Of a DNA stretch of 64,000 bases, positions 19,392 to 29,284 are shown piece by piece; the first letter of the stretch is position 1; each line of letters starts with the position of its first letter. The stretch is from Candidatus Latescibacterota bacterium (GTDB taxonomy: Bacteria > Latescibacterota > CBDEFO01): NCBI GenBank assembly GCA_965248755.1, contig OZ252149.1, forward strand, positions 2,048,001 to 2,112,000, in the 5' to 3' direction. The notes beneath the pieces are model-generated. The model was not told where the DNA came from, did not search any database, and worked only from the letters and a program-made list of their open reading frames with translations. The position numbers were made by a program, and so were the translations under genes.

Positions 19392-20798
19392 CTAATCCTT
19401 ATATTCTTCAGAATCTATCCCGAATTCGTCCATCAATCTTTTTAGATGTCTCGGAGTTATTTCAAGAATCAAGGCGGCCTTACCGATTGCACCTTGGGAT
19501 TGGGAAAGGGCATTGTCCAGGATTTCAAATTTAGCCCTGTTCACCGCTTCTCTTAGAGTCAGGTCTCCGATCTGGTTTTCATCGGGGGAAACAGGAGATT
19601 CTTCAAGCTCCCGGTGCATTTCAAGCTCTAAATCTTCAGGCTCGATGTATCTGTCGCTCCCGCCGAACAGGAGGGAATTCTCTATAGCGTTTTTGAGTTC
19701 TCTGACGTTTCCGGGCCAATCGTATCGGGAGATCTTGTGTAAGGATTCGTCGGAGAGTTGTTTGTATATCTCAAGGTTTTTGGAGTACAGATCCAGGAAG
19801 TATTCGGCAAGGAGAGGTATGTCGCTCCTGCGCTCTCTTAAGAGAGGCAGCTCTATGATTGCGACTCTGAGCCTGTGATAAAGGTCGTCCCGGAACTGGC
19901 CCGATTTCACAAGTTCGGAGAGGTCTCTGTTCGTGGCGACGATGATTCTGGCCTCAAGTTGCAACTGACTATTTCCGCCGAGGCGTTCGAAGGTCCTGTC
20001 CTGGAGCACCCTTAAGAGCTTGATCTGCACCTCTATGGGGATGTTCTCCACCTCATCCAGAAAGAGCGTCCCGGAGCCTGCCGACTCCAGCTTTGCGATG
20101 CGCCTCTGCGTGGCTCCGGTGTAGGCTCCCTTTTCGTGTCCGAATAGTTCGCTAGATGCAAGGTCAGGCGAAGTCTTTGAGACATCGGCGACCACAAAGG
20201 GGGATCTACCGCTCAAGGTGTGTATAGCCCTTGCCACAAGTTCTTTGCCTGTTCCGGTCTCCCCCTTTATAAGGATTGTGGAATCTACACGAGCGGCTTT
20301 TTGTATCCTGTCGAAGACCTTGAGCATCTCTTCGGATTTCCCTATGATTCCCATAAACCTATCTGACTCGTTGAGCCTCTCTTTAAGTCTTTCGTTTTCG
20401 CGTTTGAGATCTGCTCTGTCCAATGCCCTATCTACGATGACAGAAAGGACATCCCTCCTCACGGGCTTTTCTAAGAAATCGTAGGCTCCCGACTTGAGCA
20501 TTGCCTCTATCTTGGTGGCATCTCTTTGCGAGCCACTGATCACGACGACCTCTGTGGAGCGTTCCTTCTTTCTGACAGCGCTTAAAAAATCGAGCCCGTC
20601 TCTGCTGCTTCCCGTGTCGAATTTGAGATCCAGGAGGATAAGGTCTGGCTTTGCGCGTTCATATTGCCTCAAGCCCTCTTGAGGGTCTGAGGCGATAACG
20701 ACCTTGCAGTCCTTGGAAGAGAGTATCTCAGCGTAGAGGTCTCTATTGTACTCTTCGTCTTCGACTATGAGGATAGTATATCTGTTCCGAGAGTCCAT
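19392..20798 (-). CDS. NtrC-family sigma54-dependent response regulator
   Basis: Receiver domain; GETGTGKE; ELFGHEKGAYTGA; WPGNVREL; C-terminal HTH. Confidence 0.93.
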   Translation of the reverse strand: MDSRNRYTILIVEDEEYNRDLYAEILSSKDCKVVIASDPQEGLRQYERAKPDLILLDLKFDTGSSRDGLDFLSAVRKKERSTEVVVISGSQRDATKIEAMLKSGAYDFLEKPVRRDVLSVIVDRALDRADLKRENERLKERLNESDRFMGIIGKSEEMLKVFDRIQKAARVDSTILIKGETGTGKELVARAIHTLSGRSPFVVADVSKTSPDLASSELFGHEKGAYTGATQRRIAKLESAGSGTLFLDEVENIPIEVQIKLLRVLQDRTFERLGGNSQLQLEARIIVATNRDLSELVKSGQFRDDLYHRLRVAIIELPLLRERRSDIPLLAEYFLDLYSKNLEIYKQLSDESLHKISRYDWPGNVRELKNAIENSLLFGGSDRYIEPEDLELEMHRELEESPVSPDENQIGDLTLREAVNRAKFEILDNALSQSQGAIGKAALILEITPRHLKRLMDEFGIDSEEYKD

Positions 20799-21052
20799 AG
20801 TCTATTGCTCCAAAACAGTAGACAGATTGTGTGGTGCGAGGCGCCCTGGGTGCTCTGTTGATAGGGGACAAGCCACAAAGTGCGCGCCTCCGGGGCAGAC
20901 ACATAGCTCTGCCCGTACATATAGATATATACATAGGGACGAACCCTCCCCATGAATGTAGGGGCGATCCCCGATAGAGTCAATCGGGGACTCAATCGGG
21001 GAGGGTTCACCCCGAAGCAATCTCCGTTAGACTGCCTCTCCCTGTATGCAGT

Positions 21053-22645
21053 CTACTTGTCAGTCACCGGAAGTTTGACAATGAAGGTAGTGCCGGCCCC
21101 GACCTGGCTCTGGACGTCAATGGCCCCGCCATGTTTTTTTACCACTTCAAGGGACCCTGGAAGCCCGATGCCCATGCCGCCCTTCTTGTCGGTGGTGAAG
21201 AAATTGAATATATCCCGAATCTTCTCCTCCGGTATTCCGATCCCTGTGTCGCTGAACTTGATCTCTGCGCTCCGGCTATTATGCCCCTTGATGTCGATGG
21301 ACAAAGAACCGCCGTCTTCCATCGCCTGATAGGCGTTTAGAACGATATTCGAGAAGACATCTACCATCTGTTCGGGATCGACTTCTATCGGCGGAACGTC
21401 TTTGCTGTACTCTTTGTGAACCTGTATATTCTCGGGCCTGGGAATTCTATCCAGAGAGGCGTCTATGAGGGTGGGGATACTGTAAGGCTCTTTTCGCGGC
21501 TCTTCGGGAACGGCTCTCCTCATCCTGCTTATGTCCTTTTTGACCAGCCCCAGATGTCTGTCTATTCCGTCCAGCGCCCTTTCGAGCCTGAGATCGGACG
21601 TGCCCCCTTTGAGTGTCCTTTCTCTAATTTCGGCAGCAAACGTATCTATAGGATTTAGGAGGTTGCTGATATTGTGGGCTATCCTCCAGGTGCTCCTTCC
21701 TACCACCGCCAGCCTTTCTGACTCCTTCAGTTCATCCTGACGCTTCTTAATCTCAGAGAGCATGTATTTAAAGGCTCTGGAAAGCCCTCCTATCTCGTCG
21801 TTTCTATCTATGCCTGAAATATCTGCGTCCAATGCTCCTCCCGACGGAGTCGAGGCTCGACCTATTTTCTGGACATCTTCTGTGAGCCGCTTTATGGGCT
21901 TTACCGTCTGTCTTATAAGAACATAGAAAAATGTAAGAGACAGCAGCGCGGCGGATAGCCCCACGATGCTCAGAAAAGGTACAGTAGGCATCACAGGGCG
22001 GTAGTAGCCTATCTTGAGGACAAAGTCCCCGCGGTCCGATTCTATCCTCACTCCCACATCCTGGACCATCTCTCCCCCGTAGCGTATCTCATCGGAGATG
22101 ATACCTTTGCCGTTATAGAGAAGCTCTTCTACGAGGTCGTAATCTCTGGGATCAGTGGAATACCCCTGTTCCTCCTCAACGTCTGTGGAAAGGTGGAACT
22201 TATGATCGTCACCTATTATCTTGATGTAGGCTATAAAGTCGCTCTTGTATTGGCTCTTGAGGAATTGGAATACAGCGTTTGCGGTGTAGTTATCTACGAG
22301 GGAACTTACAATATTGGCGACTTCTTTGGTTATGGGTTCGTATCCCTTTTCGAACATCTGGGCTTCATATTGTCGTCTTTCGAGCATCGTGGATATGAGG
22401 GAAAATAGAGCGACTACCAGTATGGATATTACGAATATAACCGTAGTCTTAAAGAGTATACCGACACGGAATCTGCGCTCGATCCCTTTGACTTCGACCT
22501 CACTCACTGATCTATCGCCTCCACCCGAAAGACAGTAGTCACTGGAAAGTGCATATCCGCCTATGTATAAAAATGTAACAATATTAAGGCCAAAAAGCAA
22601 CCTTATTGTGACCCCCCTAAACATAGTAGACAGTAAACAGGGCAC
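21053..22645 (-). CDS. Membrane sensor histidine kinase with HAMP domain
   Basis: TM segments, RNDEIG HAMP, AHNISN H-box, N box, DTGIGI, GMGIGL; start uncertain. Confidence 0.9.
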   Translation of the reverse strand: MPCLLSTMFRGVTIRLLFGLNIVTFLYIGGYALSSDYCLSGGGDRSVSEVEVKGIERRFRVGILFKTTVIFVISILVVALFSLISTMLERRQYEAQMFEKGYEPITKEVANIVSSLVDNYTANAVFQFLKSQYKSDFIAYIKIIGDDHKFHLSTDVEEEQGYSTDPRDYDLVEELLYNGKGIISDEIRYGGEMVQDVGVRIESDRGDFVLKIGYYRPVMPTVPFLSIVGLSAALLSLTFFYVLIRQTVKPIKRLTEDVQKIGRASTPSGGALDADISGIDRNDEIGGLSRAFKYMLSEIKKRQDELKESERLAVVGRSTWRIAHNISNLLNPIDTFAAEIRERTLKGGTSDLRLERALDGIDRHLGLVKKDISRMRRAVPEEPRKEPYSIPTLIDASLDRIPRPENIQVHKEYSKDVPPIEVDPEQMVDVFSNIVLNAYQAMEDGGSLSIDIKGHNSRSAEIKFSDTGIGIPEEKIRDIFNFFTTDKKGGMGIGLPGSLEVVKKHGGAIDVQSQVGAGTTFIVKLPVTDK

Positions 22646-22956
22646 CGCCTCCCTTCCCTTGAGATTGCTTCGCTATCGCTCGCAATGACAATTCATTTTG
22701 CTAAGGTCATTGCGCGGAGGCCTACCCCCGAATGATTGATCCCCGATAGATTCAATTGGGGAGGGTTCGCCCCGAAGCGATCCCCGACCCCGGAAAGGTT
22801 GAATCGGGGGCAATCGGGGACGGATCTCGCAGTCAGTACACCAAAGACACAGCCTCCTATCCCATTTTCCTGTGTTTCAGTCAAAAAATCTTTCCCCATA
22901 AAGGATATAGTATATATTGATAGGCACAACTGAGCAGTAGGAAAGATAAACCATCT

Positions 22957-24027
22957 ATGGGAACTGAGACTTACACAAAGGTACCAAACGATATTATGGA
23001 AGGTATTTTGTGCAAGGGGTTGCTTTCAAAAAGAGAATCGCAAATCTTCTGTGTCATACTCAGAGAACGGTATAACGGCCAGTGGACAGTACGCCCTCTA
23101 CGCGTTCAAAAGATCGCCGATTTTACTCGACTTGGTAGAGCAAATGCTTCCACTACTATAGGAGAGATGCTGAAGAAAAATATCATAAGACAAAGAGACG
23201 GAAAGAAAGGAAGATACTATCAAATTAATACAGATCCCCCAACTTGGATCACTAAAGGTTGTCAAAACAACAGCAAAAAGTTATTGAAACGATAACTAAA
23301 AGTTGTCAAAACGACAACAATTGTTCCTCTAATCCATTGTTCCGCAAGGCGATACCGAGTCCTAAGGAAGCACCTAAAGGAAGTATCTAAGAAAGTATAT
23401 GATGAAGATGGTAGTGCGGTCACTAAGGCACCAGACGAGACAGCATCGAAGTCTCTACAGACTTCAGCTTCAGCATCATCTTTCATAGAAATTCTATCGC
23501 AGAACATACCCGACTTCCCCGAAGACGGAAGGATACTTGAAGTAGCTAAGCGATGCGTCGAAGAGGACCCAGATGTAGATGAACGCCAGGTTGCCCAGAA
23601 CTTCGTAAACTGGAAGGATCGCCCTACACTTACTCCCAAAAACATCGAATCCATCATTCAAAATCAATTTAGAACTGCCAGGGGAAAGGGCTATTATCGC
23701 AAAGAGAGGAAGATAAACCGTCACCCTGGACAGATCCGAAAGACAAAGCAGTATATAGAAGAACTGAGAGAAACAGACGCCGAGTTAGAGTCACAAACCC
23801 CTGAGGAGAGACAGGCAAAATGAGCAGGCATTAAGCAAATAATGGAGGAAAGCTCAAGAAAGGCTAAAGAGTTTAGAAAAAGGAAGAAGTCCGCTAACCG
23901 AGACTTCAAGAGCGGCAGAATAAGCAGAGAGGCCTACGATAGCATCTTGAAGCAGATTCGCGATGAGGCGCAAGATGCCTGGGGACAAGGCGAATCAGCA
24001 GACCGAATACAGGGAGAGGAAGTTTAA
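22957..24027 (+). pseudogene. Decayed phage/plasmid replication initiator (lambda O-like N-terminus) with internal iterons
   Basis: YTKVPNDIME..LSKRE..I...ILR, wHTH, 'YQIN..W'; one frame runs to 24027 with in-frame stops at 23293 and 23821. Confidence 0.65.
23258..23318. repeat. Three 17-bp iteron-like dyad repeats at a 22-bp period
   Basis: GTTGTCAAAACAACAGC (23258), GTTATTGAAACGATAAC (23280), GTTGTCAAAACGACAAC (23302). Confidence 0.75.
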
Positions 24028-24188
24028 GGGAGATTGTTTGAGGCTGTACCTCCTCCCAATTACCCAACAACAAGCAATGTCTTTACGAGTACAGCCCGGT
24101 GTCATTGCGAGCGAAGCGAAGCAATCTCAAGTGAGGGGAGGCGGTACCCTGTCTACCCCCGATAGATTCCATCGGAGACTACTGTCTA

Positions 24189-24704
24189 CTATTTAATCAC
24201 CTTGATCTCTTTGGAGGACTCAAATGGAGAAGCATGATTAGGCTCCTCCACAGCTCTTAACGTAACGCTCTCCTCCAGGGCGATGGTGAAGGTGACCTTA
24301 GGCTTGGTGTGGATCGGGTGCAGATAGGCTCGTGCAAGTTCAATTTCGCCTTTGTATATGGCTATCCAGCGGACATGGTGTTGAAAGAGCGTGGGATGGA
24401 GAGCTCCCGCTCCGACCGTCACGGTCACATCGAACCATTCACCCGCTTTAACTGTGTCCGGGGCATCTATCCTGGGGACGTGCTTGGGGTCGTCCTCCAC
24501 CTTGACTCTATTGATCTTTTTGAAATTAGTCACGACACTTTCATCTGTTACCTGATCCGCCATCTTTTCATCGGCAAAGACTGACGGGACGACTGTGCCG
24601 AAGATAATCCACAGGGCAACGGCAGAAAATGCAGAGGCCAATCCATAGATAAATCTTACCTTGACATTTGAGCACTTTTTAGCTATATCTAACCTTATAT
24701 TCAC
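24189..24704 (-). CDS. Exported superoxide-reductase-like (class II SORL/desulfoferrodoxin) domain protein
   Basis: KHVP.IDAPD.VKAGE.F.V.V.VG...HP...HHV.WI; AGGAGG before GTG at 24704; hydrophobic signal ending VFA. Confidence 0.8.
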   Translation of the reverse strand: MNIRLDIAKKCSNVKVRFIYGLASAFSAVALWIIFGTVVPSVFADEKMADQVTDESVVTNFKKINRVKVEDDPKHVPRIDAPDTVKAGEWFDVTVTVGAGALHPTLFQHHVRWIAIYKGEIELARAYLHPIHTKPKVTFTIALEESVTLRAVEEPNHASPFESSKEIKVIK

Positions 24705-24788
24705 CTTACGCCTCCTGATGTTTAGGTTTTGATCCAAGATGCCAATTACGAGGCGATATGCCAATTGCGAGACCAATGACGAGGCCTA

Positions 24789-24817
24789 ATTATAACTGCT
24801 GCGGAATCTCATGTCAA
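24789..24817 (-). promoter_or_regulatory. Consensus sigma70 promoter for the SORL gene
   Basis: TTGACA-17 nt-TATAAT, perfect match. Confidence 0.8.
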
Positions 24818-25178
24818 GGGAAAAATTAGAGATTCTTTCGCCCCGAAGCAATCTCAACCTGCAAGATCGTCTGAACAGCAAAATCCAGATTGCTTCCCCC
24901 CGATAGATTCAATCGGGGGACGCCCGCAGTGACGGTTTAGGAGGAGGAACTGTCCACAGATGAAGCAGATGGTTATTTCTCTGTTCTGTTTAGTCTTTCA
25001 GTTCGATGAAGCGATCGAGCAGAAGTGGATAAGAGAGTGGCTTTCTACGCCAACTCTGTGAGATATGCAGCGGCTATATCAGGCCCCGACTACGCCACCT
25101 CTAAGAACGGCTGGTAGGAACTAACGAAGAACCTGCAGGAGATGCAGGAATTAAGCGAGTTAAAGACAAGGAGGAAAC

Positions 25179-25967
25179 TTGATGAGAAAGATTAAATATA
25201 GAAACAGAAAGGGGGGAGGCGGTGCCCTGTCTCCCGTCTACTGTCTACTGTCTACTGCCTTCCTGGTCTTCCTCTCTATTTCGGACCTTTCAGAGGCATC
25301 AGCAGAGGTAGGGACGATTGGGGGAAGAGTGACCTTTGAAGGAGAGATTCCCAAGACGAAGGTGTTCAGGGTGACGATAGATAAATATACCTGTGGAGCT
25401 GAAAAGGCATCTCAGGAGCTGATAATCTCGCCGGATAGAGGGATAAAAAACGCTCTTCTATGGATAGAAGGCACCCCCGCTAAAAGGCAGCCGTCTGAAT
25501 CGGAAAAAGATGGATTCATCACAGAATCTTCATACCGACTCGATCAGCAAAATTGCGAATATGTCCCGCACGTTCTGGTCGTCCCTCCAGAGGTCGCACT
25601 GAAGATCACGAACAGCGATCCCATAGCTCACAACGTGCACACTATCTCAGATGAGAATCCGTCTTTCAACAAGTTCCAGCAGAAGAACAAGCTGTCCGTG
25701 GTCTTCCAATACCCTGAGATAATTCAGGTGGAATGCAACATGCACAGTTGGATGAAGGCGTGGATCGTTGTGGCTGATAGTACATATTATGCGCTGACGA
25801 ATAAAGACGGCTCGTTCAAAATAGAGAACATCCCGCCGGGGACCTATAAATTGAGGCTGTGGCACGAGTCCTTAGGGGAAAACGTAAAGGAAGTCATAGT
25901 TAAATTGGCAGAAGATTTGAAAGTGGACTTCAAACTCAGCAAGAGGAGTATGAATGAATCTGAATGA
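25179..25967 (+). CDS. Secreted cupredoxin / carboxypeptidase-regulatory-like domain protein
   Basis: LDQQNCEYVPHV, NSDPIAHNVH, type-1 Cu motif CNMHSWM, IPPGTYKL.LWHE. Confidence 0.8.
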   Translation: MMRKIKYRNRKGGGGALSPVYCLLSTAFLVFLSISDLSEASAEVGTIGGRVTFEGEIPKTKVFRVTIDKYTCGAEKASQELIISPDRGIKNALLWIEGTPAKRQPSESEKDGFITESSYRLDQQNCEYVPHVLVVPPEVALKITNSDPIAHNVHTISDENPSFNKFQQKNKLSVVFQYPEIIQVECNMHSWMKAWIVVADSTYYALTNKDGSFKIENIPPGTYKLRLWHESLGENVKEVIVKLAEDLKVDFKLSKRSMNESE

Positions 25968-26700
25968 CAGCGTCGCTATTGTCACAGGGGCAGGTAGAGG
26001 GATAGGAGAAGCTACCGCCTTGAGGATGGCAGAGTACGGAGCAAAAGTTGCCATCGTGGACATGGATGCACTGACTGCCCACACGGTGGCAGACAAGATA
26101 GAGGGTATGGGCCGAAGGGCAATCGCGGTGGTAGCAGATGTCTCCGACGCCTCGGATATCCGGAAGATAGTAGAAGCGACTTTGAAGGAGTTCAAAAGGA
26201 TTGATATTCTGGTGAATAACGCAGGGATCGCGGGCAAGAGCGCAAAGTTATGGGAACTTACAGAGGAGGACTGGGACTCGGCGATGGACGTGGACCTAAA
26301 GAGCGTCTTCTTGTGCTGCAAGGCCGTAGTCCCTCATATGATAGAGAGAAAATACGGAAAGATCGTGAACGTGGCTTCTATCGCGGGAAAAGAGGGAAAT
26401 CCAAATCTTACGGCTTACTCAACCGCAAAGGCGGGCGTTATATGTCTGACAAAGGCTCTGGCCAAAGAGGTGATCGATTACAATATAAACGTAAACTGCG
26501 TGTCTCCGGCCTTAGTAGATACTCCCCTATTGAGGCAGTTCCCTCAGCACGTCATAGATTATATGGTGGGCAAGATTCCGCTCGGCAGGCTGGGAACAGC
26601 TGATGAAGTGGCGGCTGTGATACATTTCTTGTCCTGTGACGATGCCAGCTTTGTTACAGGTCAGTGCTACGATGTCAGCGGAGGAAGAGCGACGTACTAA
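25954..26700 (+). CDS. Short-chain dehydrogenase/reductase
   Basis: TGAGRGIG, NNAG, YSTAK, C-terminal DVSGGRATY. Confidence 0.92.
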   Translation: MNLNDSVAIVTGAGRGIGEATALRMAEYGAKVAIVDMDALTAHTVADKIEGMGRRAIAVVADVSDASDIRKIVEATLKEFKRIDILVNNAGIAGKSAKLWELTEEDWDSAMDVDLKSVFLCCKAVVPHMIERKYGKIVNVASIAGKEGNPNLTAYSTAKAGVICLTKALAKEVIDYNINVNCVSPALVDTPLLRQFPQHVIDYMVGKIPLGRLGTADEVAAVIHFLSCDDASFVTGQCYDVSGGRATY

Positions 26701-27030
26701 AGATTGTAGGGGCGGGATGAATCAATCTCGTAGTCAGTAAAAAGGTAAAGGCAACGCAAGCCACACTGGTCTGCCGCTGCAGATGAATGTTGGGGCGAAG
26801 TCCGCTCGCCCTTTGGGCGCACCCACCGTGTTCGCCAGATTTATCCGTATTCTCAGGGAAGACACACAGCTCTTCTCCTGTAGATGCACCGTTCTATGTA
26901 GGGGCGAGGTTCGCTCGCCCCCGATTCTGTCAACGAGTGCTTGAGATTGCTTCGGGGTGAACCTCCTCGCAATGACTAAGGGTAAAATAAGGAATATCAG
27001 CAGAACTTTTTATTCAGGAAGAGCCAAAAG

Positions 27031-29262
27031 TTGTTAGAGCATTTAGAAGGAACAATAGAGCGGATAACGTACCAGAACGAAGAGACAGGGTACGTGATCG
27101 CCAAGCTTGAGCCCAAAGGTGATCCCCAACTAAAGCGCAGGCGCAGTGCCCCATCGCAGAGATTCTGGGGGCAGAACAAGAGCGCTCTAAATCTGGTCAC
27201 GATAGTCGGCGAAATGGCCTCAGTAAATCCGGGCGAGAACGTGACCGTAGAAGGCTACTGGACCACTCACCCCGAGTACGGCCACCAGTTCAAAATTGAA
27301 TCTTACAAAATAGTCCATCCTTCGACCGTAGAGGGTTTAAGGAAATATTTGGGCTCAGGGCTCATCAAGGGAATAGGACCTGTTACCGCCAGTAGAATCG
27401 TGGATCATTTCGGTCTGGAAACTTTAGAAGTTATCGAAAACGATCCCGAACGTCTATCAGAGGCTCCCGGTGTAGGTGAAAAAAGAGTCAAGATGATAGG
27501 AAAGGCATGGCAGGAGCAGAGGAAAGTAAAGGATGTGATGCTGTTCCTTCAATCTCACGACGTCAGCACAGGATATGCGACCAAGATTTACAAACAGTAC
27601 GGAGACAATGCCATAAACGTAGTAAAGAATAATCCGTATCAACTGGAAAGAGATATATGGGGCATAGGTTTCCTGACGGCCGACAGGATAGCCAGGAGCA
27701 TAGGGATAGAGAACGACTCCATCGAGAGAATAAGGGCAGGGATAAGGTATGCGCTCAATAAGCTCTCCGAGGAGGGACACATCTATGCGCCGTCCTTGGA
27801 ACTTGTGGAGAAGGCTGTGGAGTTTCTGGAGGTGACGGCGGAGCTCGTATCTGAGGCTTTAGGGGTGATGGAGCAGGAAAAAGAGATTGTAGTTGAGGGT
27901 GGGAGAGTCTTTTTGCCCCCTTTATATTACGCTGAGGTGGGAATTGCTAATAACCTAAAGCGCCTAATGCTCTCCCCGCTCTTCGGGAGGAATTTCGACG
28001 CCCAGAAAGAGATAGAACACATAGAAAAAAGGAGCAGCATAAGATTCTCCAAAAGGCAAACAGTTGCGATTCAAACCTCCGTTACGGATAAGGTGATGGT
28101 CCTAACAGGGGGGCCAGGGACAGGAAAGACGACTATCACCAGGGGGATAATAGATGTCTTTGAATCCAACGGGCTGAGAGTTATGCTGTGCGCTCCTACA
28201 GGGAGAGCGGCCAAAAGGCTCTCTGAGGCCACCGGAAGGAGAGCACAAACCGTTCACAGACTCCTGGGATTCAAGCCGGGTGAAGGTGCTTTCCAAAGGG
28301 ACAGGGAAAACCCCCTTGATCTGGATGTCCTTATTGTTGATGAGATGTCAATGGTGGATGCGCCCTTGATGAACAGCCTCGTGCGGGCACTGCCTCACCA
28401 GGCCAGGCTTATCCTTGTGGGAGACGCCGATCAACTGCCCTCGGTAGGGGCTGGAAATGTGCTGAGAGACATAATAGATTCAGGAGAAATTCCAATTGTC
28501 GAGCTATATGAGATATTCCGCCAGGAAAGAGGAAGTTTGATCGTTACGAACGCTCATAAGATAAATAGCGGAGAATTTCCGTATATCAATAACAAAGATT
28601 CCAGGGATTTCTTCTTCTTAGAGGAGGAGGACACGGAGTCCATCCCGGGCATAATCGAGGATCTCTGCAAAAGGAGGATCCCAAAGAGGACGGGCCTTGA
28701 CCCTATAGACGACATCCAGATCATCTGTCCTATGTACAAGGGAGAGACAGGTGTCACAAATCTAAACAGCAGGCTTCAGGAGGCTCTAAATCCGATTCCA
28801 GAGATGCCAAAGAAGCCTGTTGATACCCTGAGAATCAGAAGAGGAAACACGGAGTACAGGGTCAAAGATAAGGTGATGCAGATAAGGAATAACTACAGCA
28901 AGATGGTATTCAACGGAGACATAGGGGCGGTAAAGACGATAAATTTGGAGGATCAGAGCCTCAGTGTCATGTTCGACAGACTCGTGGAGTACGACTTCCG
29001 AGAATTAGATGAGTTAATATTAGCGTACGCCGTCTCTGTGCACAAATATCAGGGCAGTGAGTGCAGGGCAATGGTTATGCCTTTGACGACCCAGCACTAT
29101 ATGATGCTTCAGAGGAATCTGCTGTACACAGCGGTAACAAGAGCCAGAGACATGGTAGTGCTTGTAGGAACGAAGAAGGCCCTGTGGATAGCCCTCAAGA
29201 ACGATAAAGTGGCAGAAAGATACACGTCGCTGGACGAAAGGTTGCGCGCTTTAGGATGTTAA
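27031..29262 (+). CDS. recD2: RecD2 ATP-dependent helicase
   Basis: HhH motifs (KGIGP), GGPGTGKT, DEMSM, GDADQLPSVG, HK.QGSE, RNLLYTAVTRA. Confidence 0.95.
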   Translation: MLEHLEGTIERITYQNEETGYVIAKLEPKGDPQLKRRRSAPSQRFWGQNKSALNLVTIVGEMASVNPGENVTVEGYWTTHPEYGHQFKIESYKIVHPSTVEGLRKYLGSGLIKGIGPVTASRIVDHFGLETLEVIENDPERLSEAPGVGEKRVKMIGKAWQEQRKVKDVMLFLQSHDVSTGYATKIYKQYGDNAINVVKNNPYQLERDIWGIGFLTADRIARSIGIENDSIERIRAGIRYALNKLSEEGHIYAPSLELVEKAVEFLEVTAELVSEALGVMEQEKEIVVEGGRVFLPPLYYAEVGIANNLKRLMLSPLFGRNFDAQKEIEHIEKRSSIRFSKRQTVAIQTSVTDKVMVLTGGPGTGKTTITRGIIDVFESNGLRVMLCAPTGRAAKRLSEATGRRAQTVHRLLGFKPGEGAFQRDRENPLDLDVLIVDEMSMVDAPLMNSLVRALPHQARLILVGDADQLPSVGAGNVLRDIIDSGEIPIVELYEIFRQERGSLIVTNAHKINSGEFPYINNKDSRDFFFLEEEDTESIPGIIEDLCKRRIPKRTGLDPIDDIQIICPMYKGETGVTNLNSRLQEALNPIPEMPKKPVDTLRIRRGNTEYRVKDKVMQIRNNYSKMVFNGDIGAVKTINLEDQSLSVMFDRLVEYDFRELDELILAYAVSVHKYQGSECRAMVMPLTTQHYMMLQRNLLYTAVTRARDMVVLVGTKKALWIALKNDKVAERYTSLDERLRALGC

Positions 29263-29284
29263 GAGAACTGAGAGGGGACAGAAC

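Noticed and set aside
20743..21020. Several 60-80 aa ORFs in REP clusters (also 5860, 22693, 22736, 32004)
   Set aside because: Translations of palindromic repeats (PIDSIG, NLSG) with no RBS or domain evidence.
24950..25170. Possible small gene remnant upstream of the cupredoxin gene
   Set aside because: Interrupted frames and no recognisable family.
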